Assembly: GCA_012295275.1 (NCBI GenBank)
Contig: CM022674.1
Coordinates: 11,346,001-11,410,000, forward strand
DNA: 64,000 bases
Direction of reading: 5' to 3'
Source of the DNA: Chrysomallon squamiferum
Lineage: Eukaryota; Animalia; Mollusca
Below, one piece after another: positions 29,600 to 44,522 of the stretch. Under the pieces are notes generated by a model. The model ran no database searches. It was not told the DNA's origin and saw only the letters and a list, made by a program, of their open reading frames with translations. The number at the start of each line of letters is the position of its first letter. Within the stretch, counting starts at the first letter, position 1. The translations under genes were made by a program, and so were the position numbers.

Positions 29600-31570
29600 A
29601 AAAAAACAATCACAAATTTAATGACTAAACAGCACTCCGTACAAACCACCATTCGCGATACCACGTGAAAATTAACAAAACAATTAGAAACGTAATTGAA
29701 AAACGGCGCTTCGTACGAAACGCCAATCACGTTACTAAAGTTACGCGATTTTGTCTCATTCATCTTGCGTCATGTCGTACAGCTTATTACGAAATGCCAA
29801 ACTGCCACAATTACTGAAATAACGCACAGCGAGGTTAGACAACACAGAGACAATATTGTCTGTTGCGATGAGGCTAATTGGACGTTTTGTGGCTATTATT
29901 ACCGCAGCCGTTGACGAGTGTTTAACGCGGGTGATGTGTCCACGTTGTTTCAAATTACACTGTTGTGAATGATCAGTGATAATTCTGAAATGTTGATGTC
30001 AGAGGAGGAATAACTGAGATTCATTTTTTTACAATTTTGTTCTGTGTGTTTGATTTTGTTTTGTTGTTATTGTTATTGGTGTTGTTGTTGTCGTGGGGAT
30101 TTTTTCCTTCTAATTGATTCTTTTTAAATTTATGTATTTGTTCTTTCACTTGTTAGTGTTTATTTTTCTATTATAGTTATTTTTCATATTAACAATTAAT
30201 TTATTCACATATTTACTTACTTACAAACTGACTTAGTTATTTACTTCTTAATTTAATATTAATTTATTTATTTTCACTTTTTATATTTTTTAGCTGTAAT
30301 TTGTTTCTTATTTATTTATTTCTAAAAAAAGTCGTCATCATCATCATCATCACTATTACAACTGTTTCTTACACTGATTTACTTGTTGCAGTTGTCGCTG
30401 ATGTTACTCTGTTTTCTTTCTTTTTTTATGGTTCTTGACTGAGAGTGTTTTCTGTTCACTATCATTCTGAAATAAATTAAAATAATTAAAATAGATGTTT
30501 ATTTCAAATGTTAAAGAAAGAAAGAAAGAAGAAGAAGAAGAAGAAACAGAGATATCCTAACAAACTAGAAAAGAAAGAACGAACGAGTGAATTGTGTAAG
30601 CTATGGAATTAGAAAGAAAATAGTAAGAAACAAATAAAGATAGAAAGAAACTAATGAGGATAGAAAGAAAAGAGAGATAAACAAGAAAGAATGAAAGAAA
30701 AAAGGAAATAGAGATGAACAACGAAAGAAGGAAAATAATTATACCAGTAAAGCAAAAGATAAAAAAAATAAAAATAAAAATAAAAACACAACAGCGAGAG
30801 AGCATTAAGAAAAAATCCGCTATCTCCGTTTTCTATTACGCTTTGCTTCACATCACGTCAGTCGAGCAGCGCAGTCGAATTGAACACTGGACGAACAACG
30901 CCGATAATCAGAAGATAATTTATTATTCAATATCGTGGCGATGGCTTGTTTGATTCCGCGCCAGGTAACCAAATAACAGATTGAGAATTTTTCCATTGTC
31001 TTTTTGTGAAAGGAATCAACTTCAGGTGAAATAAGCATCACTTCCCGAGGAATTCATAAATCTGATCGCAAGCGTTCATCAAATTGTAAAGATCTACATG
31101 AAGATGGCGGAAATTGGAGAGTCCCGGGTGATGAGCGGAAGTGCGCGAAAGACTGGCGCCGAGTTCGCACTTCCGGTTATTGATTAAAGGATATCACGGT
31201 GACTGGTCAGATGATGCTAAATACGTGACTGTCGTTGCTGATTTTTATCTTTATCTCTTTTTTCTTTTCTCTCTTTCTCTGTTTCTCTTTATATTTCTGT
31301 TTCTTTCTCTCTTAATTTGTATTTGTTTATTTCAGAGTGTCTCTGTTTCATTCTGTTTCCATGATTTCTGTCTTTATGTTTCTCTCTGTCTTTTTTATTT
31401 CTAGTCTTATCTTTTTTACTTTGATATTCTTTCTTTCAGTCTCTGTTTACAAATCTCTCTTGGTCTTTCTCTTTCTTTGGTTATATCTTTCTTTCTGTAT
31501 CTCTCTCTCTTTTTTTTCCTCTCTTATCTTTTTGTCTTTCTCTCTTCCTTTATCTGCTTTTCATTCTCTC

Positions 31571-31695
<125 letters not shown>

Positions 31696-32633
31696 CATAC
31701 ATACATGCATAACACACATACACACACACATATATATACACATTTATTATCACAGTATATTCTCCAGACACCCTCACCCGTAACAACCCCTAAATACCGC
31801 ACCGCCAGTGACGTCATCACTGGCCGCGGGAAGGTAAGTGTCATCTTTACCTATCTGTTGTAGAAATCTAATAATTTAACTGCTTAACCTCCTGAAGACA
31901 TACGCCAGTAAACAAACATAAATGATACAGACGTAATTACACGTCTGTGAAATACGCAAGTTATTTCTACACGCGGATCCCCCGATCCGACATGGGATAA
32001 CTCTGTTTATCAATGTTTAACGCCATCTATGATTAATAGGAGACGGGCAGCGCGAGACGCGAAGTTGACGTGTTTCTTTGTTCGACGGTTGACAAGACAA
32101 GTCGGAGAATCCCGTTATTAGCGCGTGGGGTTGATCTGAAGAGCGGTGACAGCCGACTCACAGAGATCGGTTTTCTTCGGTGTCAGTCGCGAAACGAGGC
32201 TGTTAAAGAGAACGTAATTGTCGTAAGATTCACGCTTGTAAATTTCATTATTCAAAGGACGCGAAGGTCAGAGTAATGGGGGGGAAAAAGGGGAAGAAAA
32301 AGTGAATGAAAGAGAGGAGAGATTAAGGGATAATATGGAGGATTTTTTTTTTTTCTTTTATTTAGTTTTTTTATTATTATTATTATTATTTATTATTATT
32401 TTTGTTTCATTATTATAAATCTATTTATTAAATTGTTTTAAGTATCTTTTCTTTCTTTTTTTCTTTCTTTCTTTCATTCTTTTAATTGCTTTTCTTTTAT
32501 TTTCGTTCTTTGTGTGCATTTTTTCCTGTGCATTTTTTTAGAACAAAGTTAGAAATATTTAGTATCAAGGAAGATGTATAACAAACAATTACCTAGACTT
32601 GTTAATGATTGGAGTACACACACACACACGTGC

Positions 32634-32755
<122 letters not shown>

Positions 32756-33095
32756 GATTATTATCCTTTTATAATTTGTATTTCTTCAGTGTTTATCTCT
32801 ATTTTACATTCTGTAGTTTGCTGTCACTTTAAATTCTTGCATCTAATAAAAATAAAATCGAGGAAACCAAAGCAGACTAAATTCAGTGTGAAACTGATAC
32901 TGCTGATGTTATTGACGTGTTATTGGACAGGTATTTATTTATATACTTTACACTTTTGTTATGAGTTTCTTAAAAATCCAGTTATTAAGAAACCACGTAT
33001 TTAATTTTAATTTGATTTAATTTAATTTAATTTAATTTTTTATCTATTCATTCGTTTATTCTTTTGAATTTTTCCCTGTTGTTGCTTTATTGTTA

Positions 33096-33182
<87 letters not shown>

Positions 33183-33784
33183 CTGTCCCATTATCATCAA
33201 CATCATCATTGTAATTGTTACAGAAATTCGTTAAAATTATGACGTTCGGTACGAAAAATAGGCGACCACAGTATATATATATATCATAAAATGGCACTTA
33301 AAGGTATATACAGTATCGTATGAAGGCACATTAAAATAATTTTAAAATTTATATATTACAACTCCAGACACCTCACCAGGGTCCGTCCCGGCATTCCAGT
33401 AAAAACACCAAGCATCGAGTTTCTTTTCTCCAGAGTCTCAAACTGCCTTTGTGTGACGTTTAAGTTGGGAATTATCGTTTTAATCTTTAAACGGAGGATT
33501 AAAGAAAAAGTTTTTTCTTCAGCGAATAATGACCGCAGAGGTATCATGTTTTTAAATAGGCGTCATAAGGTACATTTATCTTTATGGTCTTGTGTTCGAA
33601 TCCAGCTGTTTGTTAAACGACGCACTACTGGGTCGGGTCAGGTCGGGTCACGGAAGTTCAAGGTTGAATTAACAGAGGATGAAGAAAAAGAAGTTTCCCA
33701 TGCTGTGTCGTGTTGCTGTAAGTTTTGAGAAGTTCTGTTAGGCCAAAGCATTTAAACATTATTTAAACTGGTTTCTCTAATTCA

Positions 33785-34210
33785 TTATACAAACATAACT
33801 CTATTGTTTAACCAGTAACAGTAACAGTAACAATATTTAAAGTGGAATTTATTATGAAAATGTAATCAGATAGTAACTGCCTTTTACAGCTTAACCATAA
33901 ACTTTAACAGTATTTATATTGGTTACATTACTTCATTACGAACCCATAACCAGATAATTACAGCATTTATAACAGTAACCATAAAATTAACAATATTTAA
34001 ATTGGATTCATTATGAAAACGTAACCAAATAGTAACTGCATTTTACAACTGTAACCACACACTTTATCGATATTTAAATTGGATTAATTATGAAAATGCT
34101 AACTGTAACTGCATTTTACAACTGTAACCACACACTTTATCGATATTTTAAATTGTCGTGCTAAGCTCACAGAATTTTACTGTCGTAGCCACAAACATTA
34201 ACAACATTTA
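33785..34210. repeat. Minisatellite, ~70-bp degenerate unit
   Basis: atatttaaattggatt.attatgaaaa...gtaactgcattttacaactgtaaccacacactttatcg recurs about five times with decay. Confidence 0.8.
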
Positions 34211-35252
34211 GGTTAATTACTTAATTCATTAACCAGAACGTGATTTCTAACACGGAACATCTTTTCTGAATAAAATAAATATAAATTAGAAGAAGAAGAA
34301 GAAAAAAAGAAAGAAAGCTGAAAAAGAATAATCTTCTTCATTTCTGTCTGAGCGTTCCTCGGGGACCAATCAGCGTTAATCACTCGATAGAACCCGTATG
34401 TGAATCAGGTCACGTGTTACGTGCGCGCTAATGCGCGACTAACTGGAATGGCGAGATTTGTTTACACCTAATTTGATCAGAGATTTCCATCAATTACCTC
34501 TCCCTTTGGGGGAAAAAAAAGAAAAGAAAAAAGAACAAAAAAAACAAAAAAACGAAATACACTGGGCTGGCGAGCTGTCGATAAAGTGAACTCGTGTTGT
34601 AGCTCTTCGAGAGGATGACTTGGTAGTAGAAATTAGAGTTCGTGAATCGCACGCGAGTTTCTGACGCTAGGTGGCGTCGTTGTATTGATCGTCAGAGACC
34701 ATCGTCACACGTCTGTTGCAGAGACGTCCTTCGTAAAGCGAAACGCGATGCCGTTTTGAAAAACAACACCGTGCGCTTTAGTTCATCCCACGTGGTGTCA
34801 AGGTTCGCAAATGTCTATATGCAAATAGTTTACGATGTCTTAAACAAAGAAGACCAGCAAATGGATTTCAAAAAATAAATAAATGAAAAAAAGAAAGAAA
34901 TGAAAAAAAAGTACAAAGAAAAGAAAATTAGTGATAAAAAAAAAATGTCTAGTAGTAAATTAATATTTGAAAAATAAATAAAGACGACAGATTTCAAGTA
35001 CTTTTTGATAAAAATAAATAAATAATGAATGTTATAAATAAACTATGTAACGCTATACAATAAGGAAAAAAACAACAGCAATATATTAAATGAGACATGT
35101 ATACTACATACATTCATACAGTCGTGAAAATGTGCATATGCACCCATACACAGGCAATAATAATTAAAATATATTAAAAACATACATTTTAAAATTTATA
35201 TAAAGAAAACAAATCTTTAATATATCCAAGAACAACAACAACAACAACAACA

Positions 35253-35295
<43 letters not shown>

Positions 35296-35377
35296 GTAAT
35301 AAAAACAGAGAAAATTAAAAAAATAATAATAAATAAATAAACAAACAACGTATCAATGAAAATATTAATTATTAATT

Positions 35378-35418
<41 letters not shown>

Positions 35419-36361
35419 TAGCTACTGGTGGTACTATTGCTATAACTACATCAACTCTTTCTATTACTACTACTACAGTCACTATCAGAAATTATCATCA
35501 TTGTCATCACCATCATTATCATTATAATTATTGTTATTCTTTTTTGTTATTATCATCAAAACGATGACATCATTATCATTATAATTATTGTTATTCTTTT
35601 TATTACCACCATTATTTTCAACAGAATCAACACTGTTGTCACCATTATCTTCAAATAGTTACACCCGTTCTTACTTATTTATTTACTTACTTATTTATTT
35701 TCTTACTTATTTATGTACTTACTTATTTATTTTCTTACTTATTTATGTACTTACTTATTTTTTATTTATCCCCAAAGTTTATGAAACCATCTAACTGATT
35801 TTATGAGAACAAAAAACATGAGAGGTTTGACTTACACAAATTGGTATTAATAAACATTATGTATGAAGAAACGTTTAGTATACAGCACTGGTATTTAATA
35901 GTTGTACATACTCAAACATATACTCTCTGATGATGTTCATATAGTAAGGTTGTTGCCTCTAGAGCTTTGGATACTAGGATCAAGTGCGTATGTTAGGTAT
36001 AGTCCGTTCTAACACGTGCCTGTCAACTGAGTTACAAAGCGTGTAGTTTTGTAGCTGTTGTTTTTTCTGTCTATGGGAATGTGCGAATAGAAAATAACTT
36101 ACTGCTAAGAGGCATGGGAAAAACAGGTTTTTTTCTTGTTTGTTCTCTGAACACATGTTTGATAATTAATTAATGTTAGTATTTAAACAGTGTTGACTTA
36201 TGTTTCAGCACGGAATCATCATATGCAGTAGTTTATAGAAAATAGGTGTTAATTTGTGTATTTGTAATTTCCCATGACGGTGATTATGGTTTTTGATAGT
36301 TAGATAAATAGATAGATGGATAGATAAATAGATAGATGGATAGATAAATAGATAGATAGAT

Positions 36362-36463
<102 letters not shown>

Positions 36464-37828
36464 GCAGGGAGACAGAGAGAGAGATATACAGATAGATAGA
36501 CAGACAGACGGACATACAGACAGAGAGACAGATCGGTAGATGGATAGATAGACAGATGGATGGATGAATGAACTGGACGAATGGACGGGTAGTCAGATAG
36601 ATTAGCCCAGTTAAACATAGTTCACGTGGTAACCGGCCAGTGCAGGGTGATTAAAAGATACAAACTCAGGTGTAAAGCGAAGCGACACGAGTCATTATCG
36701 TATTGTTCAAGGTGCTCGCGTGACGCGAACTAGGATATGGCCAGCTAGCATGTCTTAGACATATTCACGAAACTATGGCTTTAAAAAGACGGGACAATTG
36801 AAAAAAAAGCCTTGGCCGGTACGTGACGGCGATAGTGGATGAGCAAGTCGTATGGATAATAGTATTTCCGAAGAGATACGAATGTCACCGAGTGCGAGGC
36901 GTTCGTGTGTTCGTTACATTACGACTGGATGGTGTTTTCTACACGCTAATGCGACAATTAAAAGACGAACGAAAAGCCACAAGTGTCGTTATGAAGAATC
37001 GTGGGAAACTTGAAGTTACAGCAATATCTGAACAAACGTTGTTCAGTATTAACACCTTGCTGTTTTATCTGTCAGGCAAAAGCAGAATATAGTGAGAAAT
37101 TAATAAAAAGAACGTGAGAAAGAAGACAAGAATCATAGAAAAAAAAAAAAAAGGAAAAGAAAAGAAATAAGAAAATAAAACGAAAGAAAAGTAAGAATAA
37201 AAATCAAAGGAAATAAAGTAAAGAAAATGAAATAAGATTGAACGAAACAGATGTAAATAAAAGGGAAAAAAGAATGAATGAAAGCAAAATTGTAGAAGCA
37301 AAGAAAAAACTGGTTAAATAAAAATCTTATATTGTTTTTATTTTAATTCTTGTCTCTTCTGAACTTTGTTTCTTTGTTTCTTATATATATTATTTTTGAA
37401 TAAAAGTAAAATCCAAGAAACCACAGACCCGAATAAAATAGAAAAAGGAAAAAGAAAAGAAAAGGCTATTTACGTTATCTTGGGTGCATCGAGTTAAGGT
37501 AATACACGAAAACAGTGCAATAACTATTTTCTCAGGAGATACCAGAGTGATCGGCCTTGAAATGCCAAGTTCGGTAATTCGTCACCTTTCAGAGGTGTCC
37601 CATAAACGTCATTTTGAAATTGGTCACTTAACAAGAGCAGAAGGTCATAATATTGTTATCAATGGTTTGTTTTCAGTACGATTTGAGATAACACTTTTTC
37701 TGGTTAATGAATATTCTCGCACGCATTAACCGCCATTGTCCGATCATTTAGTGCACAGTCTTAGATATAATTATTTTCAGACATTTTAAGCCGGTATTTA
37801 TTTTAAATTTGGTCTTCCAGTATAATGG

Positions 37829-37930
<102 letters not shown>

Positions 37931-40900
37931 CTGAATTTTAACTTTTTTATCTCTTTTTTTAAAATTAATGAGTTACCAGAAACCGCAAACAGACAAACAT
38001 CTTGTTGACATCGAGTCAATTGGACAGAACTGCGCGGAATTCAAACAAGACAACGAGTTTTCAATTGGCCGCGCTAACTCGTCTTCAAAACCCAATTTGA
38101 CAACGGTCCACAAATCAAACGGACGGTTTTGTTCCCGGGCAAGCCGTCAAGACCCGTCAGTTAATTCCTGACTGCGGTAACGGAAACCAACGAAGTCGGC
38201 GTTAATAGCGTTTTGTCTGCGTCCCGCTCAATTCCTGTTGAATGTTTTAATTAGTCGATGCATCACATTGTTATCTGAGTGAGACAATAAGCAAATAAAT
38301 ACACACCAGATCGATGGCTATTGATTTTAGGGGCACTCTTCAGTATTAAAGGATGCTTCACGAAACAGAATCATCGCGTCTGCTTTAAAAAATAAAACAG
38401 TTTAGTTTCTTGTTCCTTATTTGTTCTTGTTGTTTGTGAAGTTGTAATTATTAACATAATCAACATCATCATCATCGTCAACATTTTCATTATCATCATT
38501 ATAATTTTTCATCTCCATCATCATCATTTTCTTTCCCATTTCATTGTTTTATATGTATTTTTACATTTCTGGTACGTATTTTAACTTGTGTAGTTACTAT
38601 TACAGGGGCATATTCGAGGCTGCCTGGTTGTTAGGGAATTCCAGTTACCTGAGTGACGGTATTTTACAAATGATAGTATCACTGGTTAGATTATCGTGAT
38701 TATGATAATAACTGTAACGATAATAATAATTATTATTATAAGTAACAGGAGTTGTAGTACTAGCAGTAGTTGTGTTGGTAATTAGTAGCAATAGTAGTAG
38801 TGGATTTGAAGATAGAATAGTAATAGTAGCAGTAATAGTGGGTCTAATGGTATATCTCAAGACAGCAGAGTAGCAGTAGTAGTAATTATTACAACAACAA
38901 TGTAGTAAGTAACAGCAGAAGTTATTACAGTAGCTGAATAGTCGTTTTTGTAGTAGCTTGTAGTGTTGTTGTTGTAATAGTTGTTGTTGTGGTGTATTTC
39001 TTTTTTAACTGTTCACGTTTTGCATGATTTAGGAAATAAAGTCACTGAGCTATAACGGATAATTCAAAATACTTAAAATCAGAAAAGCCTAAGATTATTT
39101 TCAACTATAGTAACCACGCAATATATTGTTGGACTTTTTTATTTTTCATTCTTATTTGTTTGTTTTTTTCTCTTTTTTATAACTTTTTTCTTTGATATTT
39201 TAGAACGATTCAAGACAATGTCCTTGAATAATATTAGAAACATAATAAAACGAAACCAAGTCTCTAACTGTCTGCACGCTAGGAAAATAACTGTGCCGTT
39301 CTGTGGTATATTTTTTTTATTTTTTTTTTTTAAATTTATTTTTTTATCAGAACCTACAGCATAATAACCGCGAGCTGTACAGGAAAATACTACTAAACTG
39401 TAATCTAATGAAGAAATTTTATTTTTCTAGCAATAATATCTTTGTTTTCTACAATGTTTAGAGTTTTACGACATGATCAGGATAAAACACGTGTAAACCA
39501 GGAAGACAGTACTGCTGCTTTGATCACTGCAGATTGTTAAATAACGTTAATACAGGAACATCACAATAAATATACTTCTGTAATTTATATCAATCTCTTT
39601 CTCCACATACACACAATACATAAAACAAATATATATACATCAATATATGTATGTGTATGAGTATGTGTATGTGTGTGTGTGTATGTGTCTATATATGCAT
39701 GTACGTTTGTATGTATGTGTGTGTATATCTATCTATCTATCTATCTATCTATATATAAACAGAAACACCTACTTAGCCATAAATACCCGTATACAACATA
39801 TATATTAAATATACCCTTATCTTCATTGTTTCTCAAAATGTCCAGGGAAGCGTGTTTGAATCTCTGACTGCGAGTTAAAAAGAACAGCCCCAGATTACAT
39901 ACATAAGTTAAACTATCATTAAACACAGAGATTCTTTCTTTCATTGTGTCTTTTATTTATTTCTTCTCTAGCATCTCTTTCTTCTTCTCACCCCTACCTT
40001 ATCCTCCTGTCTGCAGTTAGAGCACCACCCGTATTTTCTCTTTGCTTTTCTGTTGTGTCTTCTTACGTAATGCCGGCTGACAACTCTCTCAGTGTACGTC
40101 ACTTTTGTTCTGCTTTGCTTAGATCACCCGGCCCACCTGCGAGCTCGACATTACAGACCCATCTTGTCATTGTGCGCAGTCTTTGACAGAGAGACCCTCT
40201 GACACCAGCGCTAACCTTGTAATGGTTTTTAAATACCTACAATTTCCATCTAAAACCCATCTTTCAGGGCGGAGTCTTTCAGCAACGTTTTGCTCTGAGG
40301 GGTTTAGTATAAAAAGAAGAAGATGAAGAAGAAATAAAAAGAAAGAAAGAAACAAACAAAAGAAAAAAGTCTTTAGGATTATCTCGCTTATAAATGCTGA
40401 TTATTTAAAGACCCCGCATTTCTAAGCGCTGTAAATAAATTTGTAAATGAAGCTTGACGTTTTCAAGTGGTTTCGTCTTTATTTTCTGGTCTTTGTGAAG
40501 TATTCTGTATTCTTTCTTAATATCTTCTGCTCTTCAAGTCGACATTTCTTTATAGAGTGTAAATATACATTAAAGAATGAATTCTTCCATTTACATTATT
40601 ATTATTTTTATTAGCATTGTTATTATTATTATGACTGTTGTTGCTGTTTGTGTTGTTGTTAATATTATTACTGTTATTATTATTATGGTTGTTGGGTTCT
40701 TGTTGTTGTTGTTATTTTATCTTTGATCTCTATATTTATCTTCTCTATTTTTATTATTCAAAATTCTTCTATTTTACAAAAGGTACTGCGTTCGACTGTC
40801 TCTTTGTCTGTATTCTGTCTGTAATTATTTCTATCACTCTCTCTACCTTTCTGTTTGCATATGTATTGCTTTTAGTGTATCTGTATATATGTGAGCATCT

Positions 40901-41091
40901 GTTTATGTGTGACATATACACACACGTACATACAAACAAATATACATACATACATACATATGTGTATATATATATATATATATACACTTGAGTGTATGTA
41001 AGATGTTGGGTACATTCAAACACGCGAACACCTATCCTAGTGGGCAGAGTGACGTACATGTGTTCCTTGTCAATGTTTTTATTAAAATAAA

Positions 41092-41122
<31 letters not shown>

Positions 41123-41364
41123 GTTTAGTTAAAAGTTTACAAGTTGTCGTTAAAGTGTTTAGTCATTTTCCTATAACATCTGACAAAAAGAAGAAGAAGA
41201 AAAAAAAAAAAGATATATGTTTAAATATATATCTGCATGATGATTAAACAAATAGCTGTGTTTATTTTATTCCAGTTGACTCTACAGAATAAAATAAAAT
41301 AATTTCGATCTAGAAATCCACACAGTAAGATTGTTATACATTTTTGTTGTATTTTTATTTTATT

Positions 41365-41395
<31 letters not shown>

Positions 41396-43879
41396 TTAAT
41401 ATATGTTTGTCTAGCATTTTATTATTATTTATTTTTCTTATTGTGTGATTAGTTGAAATGCTGATTGGTTGGTTGTTTGGTTTATTGATCGTTGATTGAA
41501 AATCCTTGGTTTGTTGATAGTGACTGGTAGGTTTTAGTTTATTTGCTGTTGTTTATTTATTTATTTATTTATTTATTTAATTTCGCTAATTTAGTTTGGT
41601 TTGGAGGGTTGCTGGCATGAATCACTGAATAAAACTACAACTCACTGAATGAAGGGAAAAAACAACAAACAACAGAAGTAGCAGAAGAAGACGAAGAAAA
41701 GAAACTGTGAAAACAAGCTAATCAAATTAAATTAAAGTATTTTAATAGAATCTTAACGAGTTTCATCATTCTTCCGTTCCTCTCGCTGAGAATAAATTAA
41801 CAGACGACTCACGCTAACCGCTAGTTCTCGTGCACGGCCCCTCCTCGCCACCGCCATGTTGAACAACAAGCAACACGCCTAATTTAATTGATGCCGATAA
41901 AGAGAATATTAAAAACAAGCGCTGTCGAATACCGCCATAACTAGCCTGATCGCTGATAGCCATAAAGACCTCACTAATCCATCACTTACTTTAATTTTAT
42001 GGCAACAGCAGATGTCACGAGAGATGTCCCATTGTAAAAGGCTCGACTGATCGATAAAAGCATCACGGGGATGTGTTCCTTGCACATTTATTTCCACCAC
42101 ATGTTCAGGAGTGTCCTTAGCCAGGCCGCAATATGTTACAGAGCGTCGATAGTCTTTCTTTTGTGTTTCAAGGATGTTACGTCCCTTTTGATAAGACACT
42201 AGTCACGTTTGACACTCAATTTTTCCCCCCACCACTGTCACCTTCCCGCCATCGCTGTACCCGTCCCCCACCACTCTCACCGTCCCCCACCGCCCACTGC
42301 GGAAGAAGCTAGCGCTGTTCATGAAATGTGCAGTATGATTATGATATCTATTAATATTAATGAAATGATGATGATGGTGTTGAAACTGATAATGATATCG
42401 ATAAGGATGATAATGATTTTAATACAGATGGTCGTAATGATGATGATGACGATTCTAGTACAATGATGATGATAATACTGATGAGAAGATGAGAAAGAAA
42501 ACTATAATAAAAATAATTGTTACTGAATGAATACAAGTACGTGTTAAGAAAGAGATTAAACAGCTAGATACATGTACTGATCATCAGTGTAGGTTTAGAT
42601 AAAACTTAAACATAAGATTTCAGCCACATCTTTCAAAATGAATATTAGAATTATGTGTGTTTATTTATTTACTAACAATTGTGTGTATTTATTTGTTTCT
42701 AATAATTCAAATATAATATATGTCTCTTTTTATTCTTTTTGTGTTTGTCCGTTTTACACTACGTCTGTCTGTCGTCTTATCGCTAACATATCTGTATCTA
42801 TATGCCTGTACATCAATACATATATCTGTCTCTGTGTGCCTGTCTCTCTCTGCCTGTCTGTATCTCTATATGTTTCTATCTATTTCTCTTTCTCTCACTG
42901 TTAATTTGCTATGTCATTTCTTTCTACACACATTTGTGTTTTTGTGATATACAGTTATAACGTAAACATTTTTTATTTCACCTGATGTAGTAATCGCAAT
43001 ACTATGTCATATGAGAATAAATAAATATAAGTCATATTTTAACATGTATATCACAGTGTTTTTTATTCAGGGCTTGTGGACTGGCTGTACACGACAGACG
43101 TACACGAACCTTCACTGGACGTAAGCATATTTCAAAATAGTTAACTGACAATTTAATTGCTGTAACGTACTACGCAACAGGAGGTCACCAACAAACCAAA
43201 CTAGTCTGTTCGCCAGTGTCCATAATAACGTTGACTATGTCAGAACCATCTGTTGTTATCCGCTTTATGTTGAGAACATCGGAGCAGATTGCTGCTTCAT
43301 TTAAAGGCTTCTCAACAGCGCTGTGGTTAAGACGTGGCAATGTTATTAGCATGAACTGGGTTCGACGCCTGGTGCAGACTGTTACTACCAATAACATATA
43401 ATATAACATATTCTTCTTCTTCTTTTTCTTGTCTCTCTCTATTTTTTTTTTTTTAATTCTAATTAATCTTCAAATATACTAAAAACATAAGCTATTCTAT
43501 TCTCTTGCCCATAGCATACTTGCTTCAGCATTAATTTTTTTCAGATGATTATTTACCTGAAATTATTATTTTTGAATTAAATCTAATAGTTATTATTATT
43601 GCTATTGTTTTCTTCTTCTTCTTTTTCTTCTTCTTATTATTCTTCGTCTTCTTTTTCCTCTTCTTTTTCTTCTTACTGCTGTTTTTGTAGTTGTTGTTGG
43701 TGGTGGTGATGTCTTATTACTATCGTCGTTGTTATTGTTGTCGTCATTATTACATTAATTTGTATGTCTAAGAGGAGTCAAAACGTACATATTTAAAAAG
43801 GTTTTTATATTTAAACATTTTATTCTTCTCAAATGAGCATTCACCGAAATAAAAAGTTGTCCACATCTGATTTATAAAC

Positions 43880-44150
43880 AGCGAGTTTTAGCTCAGTGAA
43901 AGATCTGTGTGAAAAATGATAGGATATAGGTTCAATCCTTCTCTGTGATCCAATTTTACATTTCTCGTTCCAAACTTTGCTGTATATACATCGTGGAATG
44001 TGTTGTCATGTTTTTAAGAAAAATCATATAAACATATCTACTGTTGCTATTTAATAACCAATGCCTCTTACTATTTCTTGTGATCGTTATGCAATCTGAT
44101 TCGCGTCAAATATATGTGTTGTAGTCCTTTTAAATTCTTGTTCATTTATT
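43880..44150 (+). mobile_element. Degenerate tRNA-derived SINE
   Basis: Pol III A-box-like TAGCTCAGTG (43889-43898) and B-box GGTTCAATCC (43929-43938), then tttctcgttcca...cgtggaatgtg...catataaa...tgttgcta. This resembles, from memory, the Nin/Deu-core SINEs of gastropods; a Dfam/Repbase search is needed. Confidence 0.6.
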
Positions 44151-44287
44151 CATGTTTCAATCACGTGTATGGATTTGGTGATATTAAATGTTGAAAAATT
44201 TGTTTTTTTCTTTGCAGTTTTTCTTTAAAAATTTACTAAAATTAATATTATACTGAAAATACACACCTTTAATATCTTCTCAGTATA

Positions 44288-44411
<124 letters not shown>

Positions 44412-44516
44412 CAGAGAAAACCTACACGTGTCTATAATATACACAAAACAAAAGATTATTTGCATACGTTCAGATTCGCACTATAAAAACGACAACAATG
44501 AAGGACAATAAATTAA

Positions 44517-44522
44517 TTTATT
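44517..44522 (-). terminator. Candidate polyadenylation signal of PRDM3/16
   Basis: AATAAA on the - strand followed by ttattgtccttcattgttgtcgttttt (GU/U-rich downstream element). Confidence 0.4.

Noticed and set aside
43880-43945. tRNA gene
   Set aside because: A and B boxes are present but there is no cloverleaf, and the sequence continues into a SINE-like body.
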